Assembly: GCA_050250255.1 (NCBI GenBank)
Contig: JBFWOZ010000022.1
Location: 1 to 49,534 of the forward strand
Direction: 5' to 3'
Source: Bdellovibrionales bacterium
GTDB taxonomy: Bacteria > Bdellovibrionota > Bdellovibrionia > Bdellovibrionales > DASUEL01
Length of the DNA stretch: 49,534 nt
The notes beneath the pieces are model-generated. The model searched no databases, was not told where the DNA came from, and saw only the letters and a list, made by a program, of their open reading frames with translations. The position numbers and the translations under genes were made by a program. Positions 21,885 through 30,430 of this stretch are shown piece after piece; position 1 is the first letter of the stretch; each line of letters starts with the position of its first letter.

Positions 21885-23606
21885 TTAATTTTCTCGTCGT
21901 TTCACTTTTAACGTTAAACCGTTCATTTCAAACACGATCGCCTCATCACCTATCTGAAGAGGAGATGTGCTTTCAAAATTCCAAATTTCTCCACGACATT
22001 CGAGTGTTCCCGTTCGGGCTGCATCATCCGCGAGACGAGTGACTTTGCCGACTTCGCCCACCATTCCTCTATTTGCCACACGAGATCTTTGGGCTCTGAG
22101 TGCGAGACTACCGACGAGAAGCATGAGAAATCCAAGACCCAAAGCGGTTGGTAAAATCATTGCCAGCGGAAGGACCGCAACCGTCGGGTCAAAGAGGAGA
22201 AGACTGCCCGCTACGAAAGCGACGAGGCCGCCAATTCCTAAAGCTCCAAAGCTTGTCACAAAAATTTCTGCGATCATGAGACCCAAACCGAGAATGAGTA
22301 AGGCCAAACCTCCCCAACGGACTTCAAGCATATGAAAACTCATGAGGGATGTGATGAGCCCTAAGGCCCCGATGACTCCCGGTGCGATCATACCTGCATG
22401 AGTGATTTCAAAATAAAGAAGCGCAAGACTTCCCATGAAAATCAAGTAAGCCACCTGTGGATGTGTGACAAGGTCGAGAAATTTAAATCGTAAATCCTGA
22501 GGAAAGATGATGATCTCTCCGATGGACATCGGCTCTGCCGTGAGCCCCTCTTTGAGCGGAATTTTCTTTGGGTCGGCAAATTTAGTATCGACAAATTTGA
22601 GAAAGTCCTCTTGTCTTTGACCGACAAAATCAATGGCTCGAATTTTATGTGCTTCGTTCGCGCTGACGGCGGTCGCTTTTTCGACGATGTCGCGGGCGAA
22701 CTGTTTGCTACGGCCTCGTAACTCAGCAAGGCCCTCCATCATGCTCACCGTATCGTTCACCACTTTGTTGCGCAGATCTTTCCCCATCTCCTCACCGAGT
22801 GTGACGGGAGTCGCCGCACCGATGTTGGTGGCTTCCAGAGCGCCGTTGATATGACAGGCTTGCAAGATGATCGCGCCTGCACTCCCCGCGTGTCCACCCG
22901 AAGGGGCCACGAGACAAAGTACCGGGACCGGTGAATTCACAATTTTTTCAATGATGAGACGTGTGGTTTGCAAACTTCCACCAGGGGTGTTGATACGAAG
23001 AAGAAGAGCTCCACACTGCTGCTCTTTGACTTTCGCCAGAGATCGCTCGAGAAGGTCGAGAGTGGCTGGGCCTACGGCGCTTGTAAGATCCATTTGCACC
23101 ACACAACGCGAGGCTTCCGCCGCTTGAGTGGTATTCACAAAAAAGAAGAGAACGAGGGCGAGAAGATTCTGCAGAATTTTCCAGGCCGTTTTTTTGTGTT
23201 CTTGGGAAATCAGCATTTGCGCCAAGCTTGGAATCTGGGAAGTTTTGGGAATAAAAAATGCGTCTTCTCCCAGCACGACAACCTGCTCTGGTTGTAGGCT
23301 CGCGACTTGCTCTTGTAGTTGTGCAATATCTTGAAAGCCAGGAGGAGTTTGAAAAAAGCGAATGTCTTCCATTTTCAGCTTCATGGCGCCGACAATTTTT
23401 TGAAAGAGCTCAAGCTCCGCAGGCGAGGTGCATGGACCAATAAAAACCACGCGTCGACCTGTTCCCAAACTCACAACTTCGTTTTGCGTTTCAAATGCGG
23501 CTCCCTCAGCAACTGCATTTTTCGGCCACACCACTCGGTTGAGCCCCAAAACGTTTTTAAGGTAGAAAATCGCTGACTCTTGATTCACGACTTTCTTATA
23601 GGCCAT
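21885..23606 (-). CDS. nfeD: NfeD membrane-bound ClpP-class serine protease with an extra ~150 aa N-terminal domain
   Basis: INTPGG, AGSAG (Ser), TNIGAATPV, NKVVND (Lys), TM block, C-terminal OB fold GEIW; adjacent to slipin. Confidence 0.88.
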   Translation of the reverse strand: MAYKKVVNQESAIFYLKNVLGLNRVVWPKNAVAEGAAFETQNEVVSLGTGRRVVFIGPCTSPAELELFQKIVGAMKLKMEDIRFFQTPPGFQDIAQLQEQVASLQPEQVVVLGEDAFFIPKTSQIPSLAQMLISQEHKKTAWKILQNLLALVLFFFVNTTQAAEASRCVVQMDLTSAVGPATLDLLERSLAKVKEQQCGALLLRINTPGGSLQTTRLIIEKIVNSPVPVLCLVAPSGGHAGSAGAIILQACHINGALEATNIGAATPVTLGEEMGKDLRNKVVNDTVSMMEGLAELRGRSKQFARDIVEKATAVSANEAHKIRAIDFVGQRQEDFLKFVDTKFADPKKIPLKEGLTAEPMSIGEIIIFPQDLRFKFLDLVTHPQVAYLIFMGSLALLYFEITHAGMIAPGVIGALGLITSLMSFHMLEVRWGGLALLILGLGLMIAEIFVTSFGALGIGGLVAFVAGSLLLFDPTVAVLPLAMILPTALGLGFLMLLVGSLALRAQRSRVANRGMVGEVGKVTRLADDAARTGTLECRGEIWNFESTSPLQIGDEAIVFEMNGLTLKVKRREN

Positions 23607-23690
23607 CCCTTCTCTACTCAAAAGGGACAATGCAGCGCTCAGAGGGGAAAGTTTTGCCGACGGCGAAAGACTAATACTGAGGGGCCGGCC

Positions 23691-23717
23691 TTAACCCCTC
23701 CGTAGCCTCACCGATGA
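23691..23717 (+). promoter_or_regulatory. Possible sigma28 promoter of the Zn-ribbon gene
   Basis: TTAA-N15-ACCGATGA. Confidence 0.4.
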
Positions 23718-23786
23718 GTGTTATGTCAGCCTTAAAGAATGGGTTGACCGGTTCTTAGGATGAGAGCTGAAAAAGAGGAGAAACTC

Positions 23787-23984
23787 ATGGAACTTCAAAA
23801 AGGAATCCCCATTGCGAACCGTGCTTCGGAAGAGCTGATCGAAGTGGTGGATAATTGTTGCCTTTGTGGAACGAAGCTCGCCTTCTATCACATCACTGAT
23901 TTTAAAAAGAATCAGGTGCTCGAAGAAGGAAAATGCGGCGCTTGCGGCGTAAAAAGCAAAGTGCATGAGTTTGTGCTTCAGTAA
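23787..23984 (+). CDS. Small zinc-ribbon protein
   Basis: 65 aa with CCLCG and CGAC pairs; GAGGAG before ATG 23787; terminator follows. Confidence 0.8.
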   Translation: MELQKGIPIANRASEELIEVVDNCCLCGTKLAFYHITDFKKNQVLEEGKCGACGVKSKVHEFVLQ

Positions 23985-24010
23985 TTGGAACCAAAGATTT
24001 TTGTCTTAAC

Positions 24011-24040
24011 AAGGCCCTCCCAAAGGGCCTTTTGCTTTTT
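24011..24040 (+). terminator. Rho-independent terminator
   Basis: AAGGCCCT/AGGGCCTT stem followed by a T-rich tail. Confidence 0.8.
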
Positions 24041-24116
24041 GTCTGTCGACCTAACAGCAAATTGTGGCGCTCTGCTCAACTTGTAGGGCCTCAACTGTTT
24101 TATAGAGCTTACCACT

Positions 24117-24132
24117 AGGCATTCTATTTGCT
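24117..24132 (+). promoter_or_regulatory. Putative sigma54 promoter
   Basis: AGGCAT-N5-TTGCT, 15 nt upstream of the AGGAG RBS. Confidence 0.5.
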
Positions 24133-24157
24133 CCAGTGTCTACCATTAGGAGTAAAT

Positions 24158-24856
24158 ATGACCGCGTACATGAAGCTTCTTTTATTTTTATCAGTGATTT
24201 TTTCGTTTCCCACCACACACGCAGCGAATATTTCAAAAAGAATACGCGTGATCGAAGTTGGAGCCCCATCAATAGCTCCTGGAGTGCCGGGAGTAAATAT
24301 AAAAGCCTACAAAATTAACGGGCAACCCGTAACAGGACGATATCCCATTACTGCTGCTAATGGCAGTCTCACTTTTGATAAGGTTTCAACAAATGAGCCC
24401 CTGGTTTTAGAAGTGATGAGATTAGGGTACACAAAATATAAAACTGTGGTGCAACCTCAGGTCTTAGCTGCGGATGGAGAAGTCGTTCTTCCGGTGATGC
24501 AACTCATTTCCACACTTTCATATCATGATTACCGTGATGTCGAGAGTTATAGCTCTGACATCGTGAGCGAGTTAAAAGCAGCCTTAATGCGCTCTGGTCT
24601 GTCGGTTTCACAAATCGCAAATTTAACAGCAACTCAGCTTGAATGGGATGTCCGTACTGTCTTGTTGAGCTTGCTCAATATCAAATGTCTGCCTACGGAC
24701 CAAAATAAAATATTAAATTCAACAAATTTAATCGCTGGTAATGTTCAGCCATTCATTGCCGCGATTGAAAAAACGAAAATTGAAGAACAATTGGGATTTA
24801 GTTGTATAGGGAGTGAAGATGATGGGAAGAATGACGGTTTCAGAAAAATCCGATAA
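24158..24856 (+). CDS. Hypothetical secreted protein with a carboxypeptidase-regulatory-like beta-sandwich
   Basis: AGGAG RBS, signal peptide ending THA, PGVNI...TAANGSLTF...RLGY pattern; AT-rich. Confidence 0.7.
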   Translation: MTAYMKLLLFLSVIFSFPTTHAANISKRIRVIEVGAPSIAPGVPGVNIKAYKINGQPVTGRYPITAANGSLTFDKVSTNEPLVLEVMRLGYTKYKTVVQPQVLAADGEVVLPVMQLISTLSYHDYRDVESYSSDIVSELKAALMRSGLSVSQIANLTATQLEWDVRTVLLSLLNIKCLPTDQNKILNSTNLIAGNVQPFIAAIEKTKIEEQLGFSCIGSEDDGKNDGFRKIR

Positions 24857-25081
24857 GAGTGCCAAAACAGTAAGCATCTACGCAACTCTGGCGCCCTCAA
24901 CGTTGCTCTCTACTTTCGACATTGATATGAAAAAGAAATCCAATGTCGAAATTTTTGCGAAAAATTTTGGTGCCGTTTGGGGCAAGTTTAGCTGCACCCC
25001 TGTCGCGATTCTGTAAAATCTTAAGAGAGAGAGCTTCTCCAGCAAAGCTCTCTCAAAATCACGCGAAATCCACCGAAATCC

Positions 25082-25110
25082 TTGACCTCCCGCACTCTGC
25101 GCTCTACTTT
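25082..25110 (+). promoter_or_regulatory. Putative sigma70 promoter, likely leaderless transcript
   Basis: TTGACC-N17-TACTTT, 7 nt before ATG 25118; no SD sequence. Confidence 0.55.
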
Positions 25111-25117
25111 CTGGCGC

Positions 25118-25813
25118 ATGTCATACCAAAGAGACTATACGGACGAAGAAGTTGAGAAAATCAAACTCGATATCGTTGCCGTTTGTCGTGTTCTCAATCA
25201 GAAAAATATGCTCGCCGCCGCCGATGGCAACGTGAGTTTTCGTTTGTCTGATGATCGTATTTTGATCACACCCACCGCGATCAATAAAGCTTTCATGTCG
25301 CCAGAAGAAATTGCGACGATCAACATTCGTGGAGATATTCTCTCAGGTCATCCTTCGGGCGAACGCCTCATGCATCTCGAAGTTTTCAAACGTTGCCCGC
25401 AGGCGCGCTGTATCGTGCATGCGCATCCGCCGACGGCGATTGCGTGGAGCCTTGCTCGGCCGCATTTGACGGAACTTCCCTTTGAATGTCTGCCTGAAGT
25501 GATTTTAGCGGTGGGCCGTATGCCGATTATTCCTTACGCACGACCTGGAACGGTCGAAATGGGAACACATCTGTCACACGTTTTACCAAAGTATCGAGTC
25601 ATGATTTTAGCTCGTCACGGAGGCCTCAGCTGGGGCGAATCATTGAGCGAGGCTTATAACGGAATGGAACGTTTGGAACATTCGGCGCTCATTTTGAAAA
25701 ATGCGACCGAGCTTGCGAGCATGAATACGATTTCTCACCTTCCTGCATTACCAGAAGCAGAAATTCGCGCTCTACAAAAAATGCGCGACCAGAGCTCGGG
25801 CCGCACGCTGTAG
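25118..25813 (+). CDS. Class II aldolase/adducin family protein (FucA/Ald2/MtnB-like)
   Basis: DGNVS, ITPT, PSGERLMH, HAHP, RHG metal-binding motifs. Confidence 0.88.
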   Translation: MSYQRDYTDEEVEKIKLDIVAVCRVLNQKNMLAAADGNVSFRLSDDRILITPTAINKAFMSPEEIATINIRGDILSGHPSGERLMHLEVFKRCPQARCIVHAHPPTAIAWSLARPHLTELPFECLPEVILAVGRMPIIPYARPGTVEMGTHLSHVLPKYRVMILARHGGLSWGESLSEAYNGMERLEHSALILKNATELASMNTISHLPALPEAEIRALQKMRDQSSGRTL

Positions 25814-25816
25814 TGT

Positions 25817-26089
25817 TTAGTTACAAAGACCTGCATTTTTTAATAATGAAATTGTATGTAAAGCTTCAGGAACACTGGCGTGCGCCTGAATAAACTTGCC
25901 ATCCAAAAAAACGTTCACGAAACCGCTTGTTGTCCCCATAGTACATCGAGGGCTACTTGATCCTTCACAAAACACAGTCACAACATCACCAACTTTTAAA
26001 TCAACGGAAGTACCAGGTTTCATCTTAATTTCAGTCGCAGAAGCGTTGACGGTAAAAAATAGGATCAATGAGAATAGAGCCTTTTTCAT
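25817..26089 (-). CDS. Small secreted hypothetical protein
   Basis: MKKALFSLILFFTVNASA signal peptide, AAGGAAGG upstream, 3 Cys. Confidence 0.7.
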   Translation of the reverse strand: MKKALFSLILFFTVNASATEIKMKPGTSVDLKVGDVVTVFCEGSSSPRCTMGTTSGFVNVFLDGKFIQAHASVPEALHTISLLKNAGLCN

Positions 26090-26226
26090 GAAAAGCCTTC
26101 CTTTGTTATCGAATTTAGAGAACCTTTGCGAGAACTGTAACTCAGTATTCACGCTTTTATAGGAGTTGAAGCTCTAAAAACAACAATTTTTAAGTTTTGA
26201 ATGACGATTGTAGATGTTCAGGGTGT

Positions 26227-26255
26227 TTGACGTAGGCTGTCGCCTACGATAGCTT
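26227..26255 (+). promoter_or_regulatory. Putative sigma70 promoter with a palindrome across the spacer; likely leaderless transcript
   Basis: TTGACG-N17-TAGCTT, 6 nt before ATG 26262; CGTAGGC-N4-GCCTACG at 26231-26248. Confidence 0.55.
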
Positions 26256-26261
26256 TTTGGG

Positions 26262-27320
26262 ATGTCCAATTTGACGCGAAACCTCACTTCTACAGGACTC
26301 AAACTTGAGAGCGGAAAGCTCTTTATTTTGGATCAACAAAAACTTCCGCATACGGAAGACTGGATGTTGATCGAAACTCCTGAGGCCATGATCAAAGCGA
26401 TTCAAGCTTTGAAAGTACGTGGAGCTCCTTTGATCGGAGTTGCCGCCGCCTGGGCTCTCGCGCAGTGGGCAAAATCGGACTACCAAGCTTCGAAAGTAGA
26501 GACGATTGCACACGCCCTTCGCGAAGCAAGACCCACCGCCGTGAATCTCATGATCGCGATCGATCGTATGCTGAAAGCTCATGCGGGTTCTCCTTCACGT
26601 GACACGCTTGTGCAAACAGCTTTTGATATTTTTGATGAAGATGTTGAGCTTGCCAACAAAATGGCAGCTAACGGCGCACACCTGATTCATGATGGAGATT
26701 CGATTCTCACTCATTGCAATACCGGCGGACTCGCCACGGTAGGACTAGGTACAGCTCTAGGCGTAATTTTAAAAGCTCATTTTGATAAAAAGAAAATTCA
26801 TGTGTTTGTCGATGAAACTCGCCCCCTTCTTCAAGGCGCGAGGCTGAATGCTTGGGAATTAAAAAAACACGGTGTGCCCCATACGATTATTTGTGACAAC
26901 ATGGCGGCACCACTCATGAGATCAGGACGCATTGATAAAATCTTTGTTGGTTCCGATCGCATTGCTCTCAACGGAGATTTTGCGAATAAGATTGGGACTT
27001 ACAGTGTCGCTGTAAATGCTCATCACCACAAAGTTCCTTTTTATCCCGTCGCTCCTTACACCACCATCGATTTTGAATGCGCCACCGGACATCAAATCCC
27101 TATCGAAGAACGAGCCCACTCAGAAGTGTTTGGTGTTTCTTTAGGAGATGAGCGCATCGAGTGGACACCAAAAGATTCAAAAGCATTTAATCCGTCCTTT
27201 GACGTCACTCCCGTCGAACTTGTGACGGGCCTTGTGACCGACATCAAATATTTTTCTCAAGCTGAATTAAAAAATAACGTTCTAAAAAGCTACAAGCCAT
27301 CATCGCGAGGAACAAAATGA
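26262..27320 (+). CDS. mtnA: S-methyl-5-thioribose-1-phosphate isomerase
   Basis: LDQQKLP, VRGAPLIG, RPTAVNL, THCNTGGLAT, DETRPLLQGARL, ANKIGTY, FDVTP. Confidence 0.95.
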   Translation: MSNLTRNLTSTGLKLESGKLFILDQQKLPHTEDWMLIETPEAMIKAIQALKVRGAPLIGVAAAWALAQWAKSDYQASKVETIAHALREARPTAVNLMIAIDRMLKAHAGSPSRDTLVQTAFDIFDEDVELANKMAANGAHLIHDGDSILTHCNTGGLATVGLGTALGVILKAHFDKKKIHVFVDETRPLLQGARLNAWELKKHGVPHTIICDNMAAPLMRSGRIDKIFVGSDRIALNGDFANKIGTYSVAVNAHHHKVPFYPVAPYTTIDFECATGHQIPIEERAHSEVFGVSLGDERIEWTPKDSKAFNPSFDVTPVELVTGLVTDIKYFSQAELKNNVLKSYKPSSRGTK

Positions 27321-28222
27321 CAACACCAGGTTATTTCGAGGCTGCTCAACATTTGCAAAAACACTATCGCCGACTTGGTGTGAATACTCCTACTTTTCAT
27401 TTAGTATTAGGTTCGGCGATTGGCCAAGCTCTCGATGGCGTCGTCCAAAATTTAGGTCGCGCACCGATTGCAGGCCTGACTCTTTCTGCCAAGTGGGAAA
27501 AAGTGAGCGACATTTCTTTTAACGATATTCCAGGTCTTCCAAAAGCCACCGTTGCGGGACACAAAGGAACTTTTTCGATTTTTCGCAATCTCACCAACAA
27601 CCAATCGGTCGTTTTTCAAGTGGGACGCATTCACGGATATGAAGGCCATTCGGCTCAGCTGACCGTGCTTCCCGTCTTAGCCTCTTGTTTTGCCGGTACA
27701 AAAAAATTCGTACTCACAAATGCAGCGGGAAGCCTCAATAAAAATATGCTCGCAGGCCACATCATGGTGATCAAAGATCATGTGAACCTCACTGGACAAA
27801 ACCCTCTCGTAGGCGAAAACGGAAAAGATCCCAGCGGCAAAGAATGGGGGCCACGCTTTCCCGATATGAGCGAAACCTACAACCGTGAGTTGAGCAAAAA
27901 ATTGCAAGCAAGCTTCACCGAAACTAAAGCAACCACTCACCAAGGAACATACTTAGGTCTTCTCGGTCCTAACTACGAAACTCCCGCTGAAGTTCAACTC
28001 TTCCACCGCTGGGGACTCGATGTCGTAGGAATGTCGACAGTATGGGAAGCCTTAGCACTAAAACACGCCGGCGCGACCCTGGTGGGAGCATCACTCATCA
28101 CAAACATGGCCTGCGGACTCATGGGCGAAGAAATCCTCGATCACGAAGACATGCTTGACCAAACAAAGTACACCGCCGAAAAAGTCATCGGCGGCCTCTT
28201 CCGCTTCCTCGAAACCGCCTAA
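27317..28222 (+). CDS. Purine-nucleoside/MTA phosphorylase (PNP family 2)
   Basis: VAGHKG, GRIHGYEG, TNAAGSL, DHVN, GPNYETPAE, VGMSTV; ATGA overlap with mtnA. Confidence 0.9.
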   Translation: MTTPGYFEAAQHLQKHYRRLGVNTPTFHLVLGSAIGQALDGVVQNLGRAPIAGLTLSAKWEKVSDISFNDIPGLPKATVAGHKGTFSIFRNLTNNQSVVFQVGRIHGYEGHSAQLTVLPVLASCFAGTKKFVLTNAAGSLNKNMLAGHIMVIKDHVNLTGQNPLVGENGKDPSGKEWGPRFPDMSETYNRELSKKLQASFTETKATTHQGTYLGLLGPNYETPAEVQLFHRWGLDVVGMSTVWEALALKHAGATLVGASLITNMACGLMGEEILDHEDMLDQTKYTAEKVIGGLFRFLETA

Positions 28223-28366
28223 AAGGTCTCCGGGCCTTTTTTCTGGCTACAGCGCAGAATCTATAATGATTTAGTTCCTAAAAACTTCGTATAGAATTTT
28301 CTTTAAGTATCTATGCTTAATCTGTTACGCGCTATAGCCAGAAAAAAGGGTCAGAGACCTTTTAGG
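28218..28366. repeat. 149 bp element with 38 bp imperfect terminal inverted repeats; probably also a bidirectional terminator
   Basis: Arms 28218-28255 and 28329-28366 with 4 mismatches; each contains AAAAGG-N8-CCTTTT; lies between convergent genes. Confidence 0.8.
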
Positions 28367-29298
28367 GATTTGAGGCTTTCGGAGAGGGGTTTTAGGTCGT
28401 GAGGGTACCAGCTTTTGAAGTAGGTCACGTCGGAGATGAGGACGTCGGGGTCGCCGGGTCGGCGCTCCGCCATTTTGACTTGGACCGGGCCGATGGTTTT
28501 GGCAAAGGCTTCTAGGATTTCTTTTACGCTGTAGCCGCGACCTTGACCGACGTTGGAAACTGTCCATGATTGAGCCGAACGCTCGAGCATTTCGAGAGCT
28601 TCTAAGTGCACCATCGCGAGATCATTCACATCCACATAATCACGCACGCAAGTTCCATCCATCGTGCCGTAGTCGTTACCAAAGATGGAGAATTCGCGGC
28701 GAGCTTTGAAGGCTTTCAAAAGATTCGGAACTAAATGTGTTTCGGGCTCATGGGATTCCCAGAGTTCTCCTTCTTCATCTTGTCCGATCACGTTGAAATA
28801 TCTCAGCGCAATGGCTTTATAATTATTTTCTTTTGCACTTTTTTCGATGAGGCGTTCGCACTCTAATTTTGACTGTCCGTAAGGATTCACCGGACTTTTG
28901 GGAGTTTGTTCACGAATGGGTTGCTCCATGGGAGCTCCGTAAACCGCAGCACTCGACGAAAAAACTAAGTGCTTCACATCTGACTGTTTGATCGCCTGCA
29001 AAAGTGTGTGAGTTCCGCGAACATTGTTATCAAAATAAAGATCGGGTTCCTTCATGGATTCGCCCACCAGCGACTTCGCGGCGAAGTGAACAACGGCTTC
29101 GATATTATGAGTTTTAATGGCCGCAAGAACCTTTGTCTCGTCTCGAATGTCGGCTTCTACCAAGGGGCCAAACTTCACAAACTTCTTGTGGCCCGTAGAG
29201 AGGTTGTCATAAACGATCACGTCGTGGTTGGCTTTTTTCGCCCACTTACAAAAATGACTTCCAATATAACCTGCGCCGCCCGTCACCAATATCCGCAT
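28351..29298 (-). CDS. galE: UDP-glucose 4-epimerase
   Basis: GGAGYIGSH, HFAAKSLVGES, YGQSK, LRYFN, DGTCVRDY, RRPGDP. Confidence 0.92.
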   Translation of the reverse strand: MRILVTGGAGYIGSHFCKWAKKANHDVIVYDNLSTGHKKFVKFGPLVEADIRDETKVLAAIKTHNIEAVVHFAAKSLVGESMKEPDLYFDNNVRGTHTLLQAIKQSDVKHLVFSSSAAVYGAPMEQPIREQTPKSPVNPYGQSKLECERLIEKSAKENNYKAIALRYFNVIGQDEEGELWESHEPETHLVPNLLKAFKARREFSIFGNDYGTMDGTCVRDYVDVNDLAMVHLEALEMLERSAQSWTVSNVGQGRGYSVKEILEAFAKTIGPVQVKMAERRPGDPDVLISDVTYFKSWYPHDLKPLSESLKSLKGL

Positions 29299-29304
29299 TC
29301 CTCC

Positions 29305-29333
29305 ACGTTAGAGGTGGCTCCAAAAACATTCAA
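29305..29333 (-). promoter_or_regulatory. Putative sigma70 promoter of galE, likely leaderless transcript
   Basis: TTGAAT-N17-TAACGT, 6 nt before ATG 29298. Confidence 0.5.
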
Positions 29334-29419
29334 GCTTTTCCGACACCCCGCTTAACACGGAAGGCTTCAAGGTCAATTTGGTTGAAGGGGAAATCGCTTT
29401 CGTCTATGACTGGAAGCCT

Positions 29420-30430
29420 ATGAAAAAACGAGCATTGATCACTGGCGTCACTGGACAAGATGGAAGCTACTTAGCAGAGCTTTTGATTGAAAAAGGTTAT
29501 GAAGTTCACGGCATTGTTCGTAGATCAAGTTCCGCGAGCAATCGAACACGTGTCGATGCCTACACGGATCCCCGCAAGTACGGAAATCACAACAACTTAG
29601 TTCCTTTAAAACTTCACTATGGCGATCTCACCGACTCGGCCAACATCGCACGTCTTCTTCGCGAAATTAAACCCGATGAAATTTATAATCTCGGAGCTCA
29701 AAGCCATGTTCAGGTGAGCTTCTCGGTTCCTTACTACACGGCTCAGGCAACAGGCCTTGGAACGCTCGCACTTCTTGAAGGGATTCGTGATACCGGAATC
29801 ACTCCTCGCATTTATCAAGCGGGTTCCAGCGAAATGTTCGGAAAAGTTCTCGAGATCCCACAAAAAGAAACCACTCCGTTTTATCCCAGGTCTCCTTATG
29901 GCGTTGCGAAAGTTTACGCTCACTGGATCTCCGTAAATTACCGGGAAGCCTACAACATGTTCATCTCCAACGGAATTCTCTTTAATCACGAAAGTCCTCG
30001 ACGTGGCGAAAACTTCGTCACTCGCAAAATCACACTTGGTGTTGCCGCGATCAAATGTGGACTCCAAAAGAAATTGGCTCTTGGAAACCTCGATGCGAAA
30101 CGCGACTGGGGTTATGCCAAAGATTACGTCGAAGCGATGTGGCTCATGCTACAGCATGATCAGCCGGACGACTTTGTGATTTCAACCGGCGAAACTTATT
30201 CCGTTCGCGATTTCTGTGAACTCGCTTTTGATCGCGTCGGTTTAGATTACAAAGACTACGTTGTCACAGATCCTAAATATTTCCGTCCTACTGAAGTCGA
30301 CATTCTTATCGGTGACTGTTCAAAAGCGAAGAAGGTTTTAGGCTGGGAGCCAAAAACGCCTTTCAAAGACCTCGTTCATATGATGGTCGATGCCGATCTT
30401 GAGCTGACAAAGAATCAATATCGCCTATGA
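29420..30430 (+). CDS. gmd: GDP-mannose 4,6-dehydratase
   Basis: [45 protein letters not shown]. Confidence 0.96.
   Translation: MKKRALITGVTGQDGSYLAELLIEKGYEVHGIVRRSSSASNRTRVDAYTDPRKYGNHNNLVPLKLHYGDLTDSANIARLLREIKPDEIYNLGAQSHVQVSFSVPYYTAQATGLGTLALLEGIRDTGITPRIYQAGSSEMFGKVLEIPQKETTPFYPRSPYGVAKVYAHWISVNYREAYNMFISNGILFNHESPRRGENFVTRKITLGVAAIKCGLQKKLALGNLDAKRDWGYAKDYVEAMWLMLQHDQPDDFVISTGETYSVRDFCELAFDRVGLDYKDYVVTDPKYFRPTEVDILIGDCSKAKKVLGWEPKTPFKDLVHMMVDADLELTKNQYRL

Noticed and set aside
24813..25155. 67 aa and 70 aa ORFs upstream of the aldolase; also considered as a SAM riboswitch
   Set aside because: The ORFs overlap neighbouring genes and lack motifs; SAM-I consensus elements are missing and the predicted promoter lies downstream
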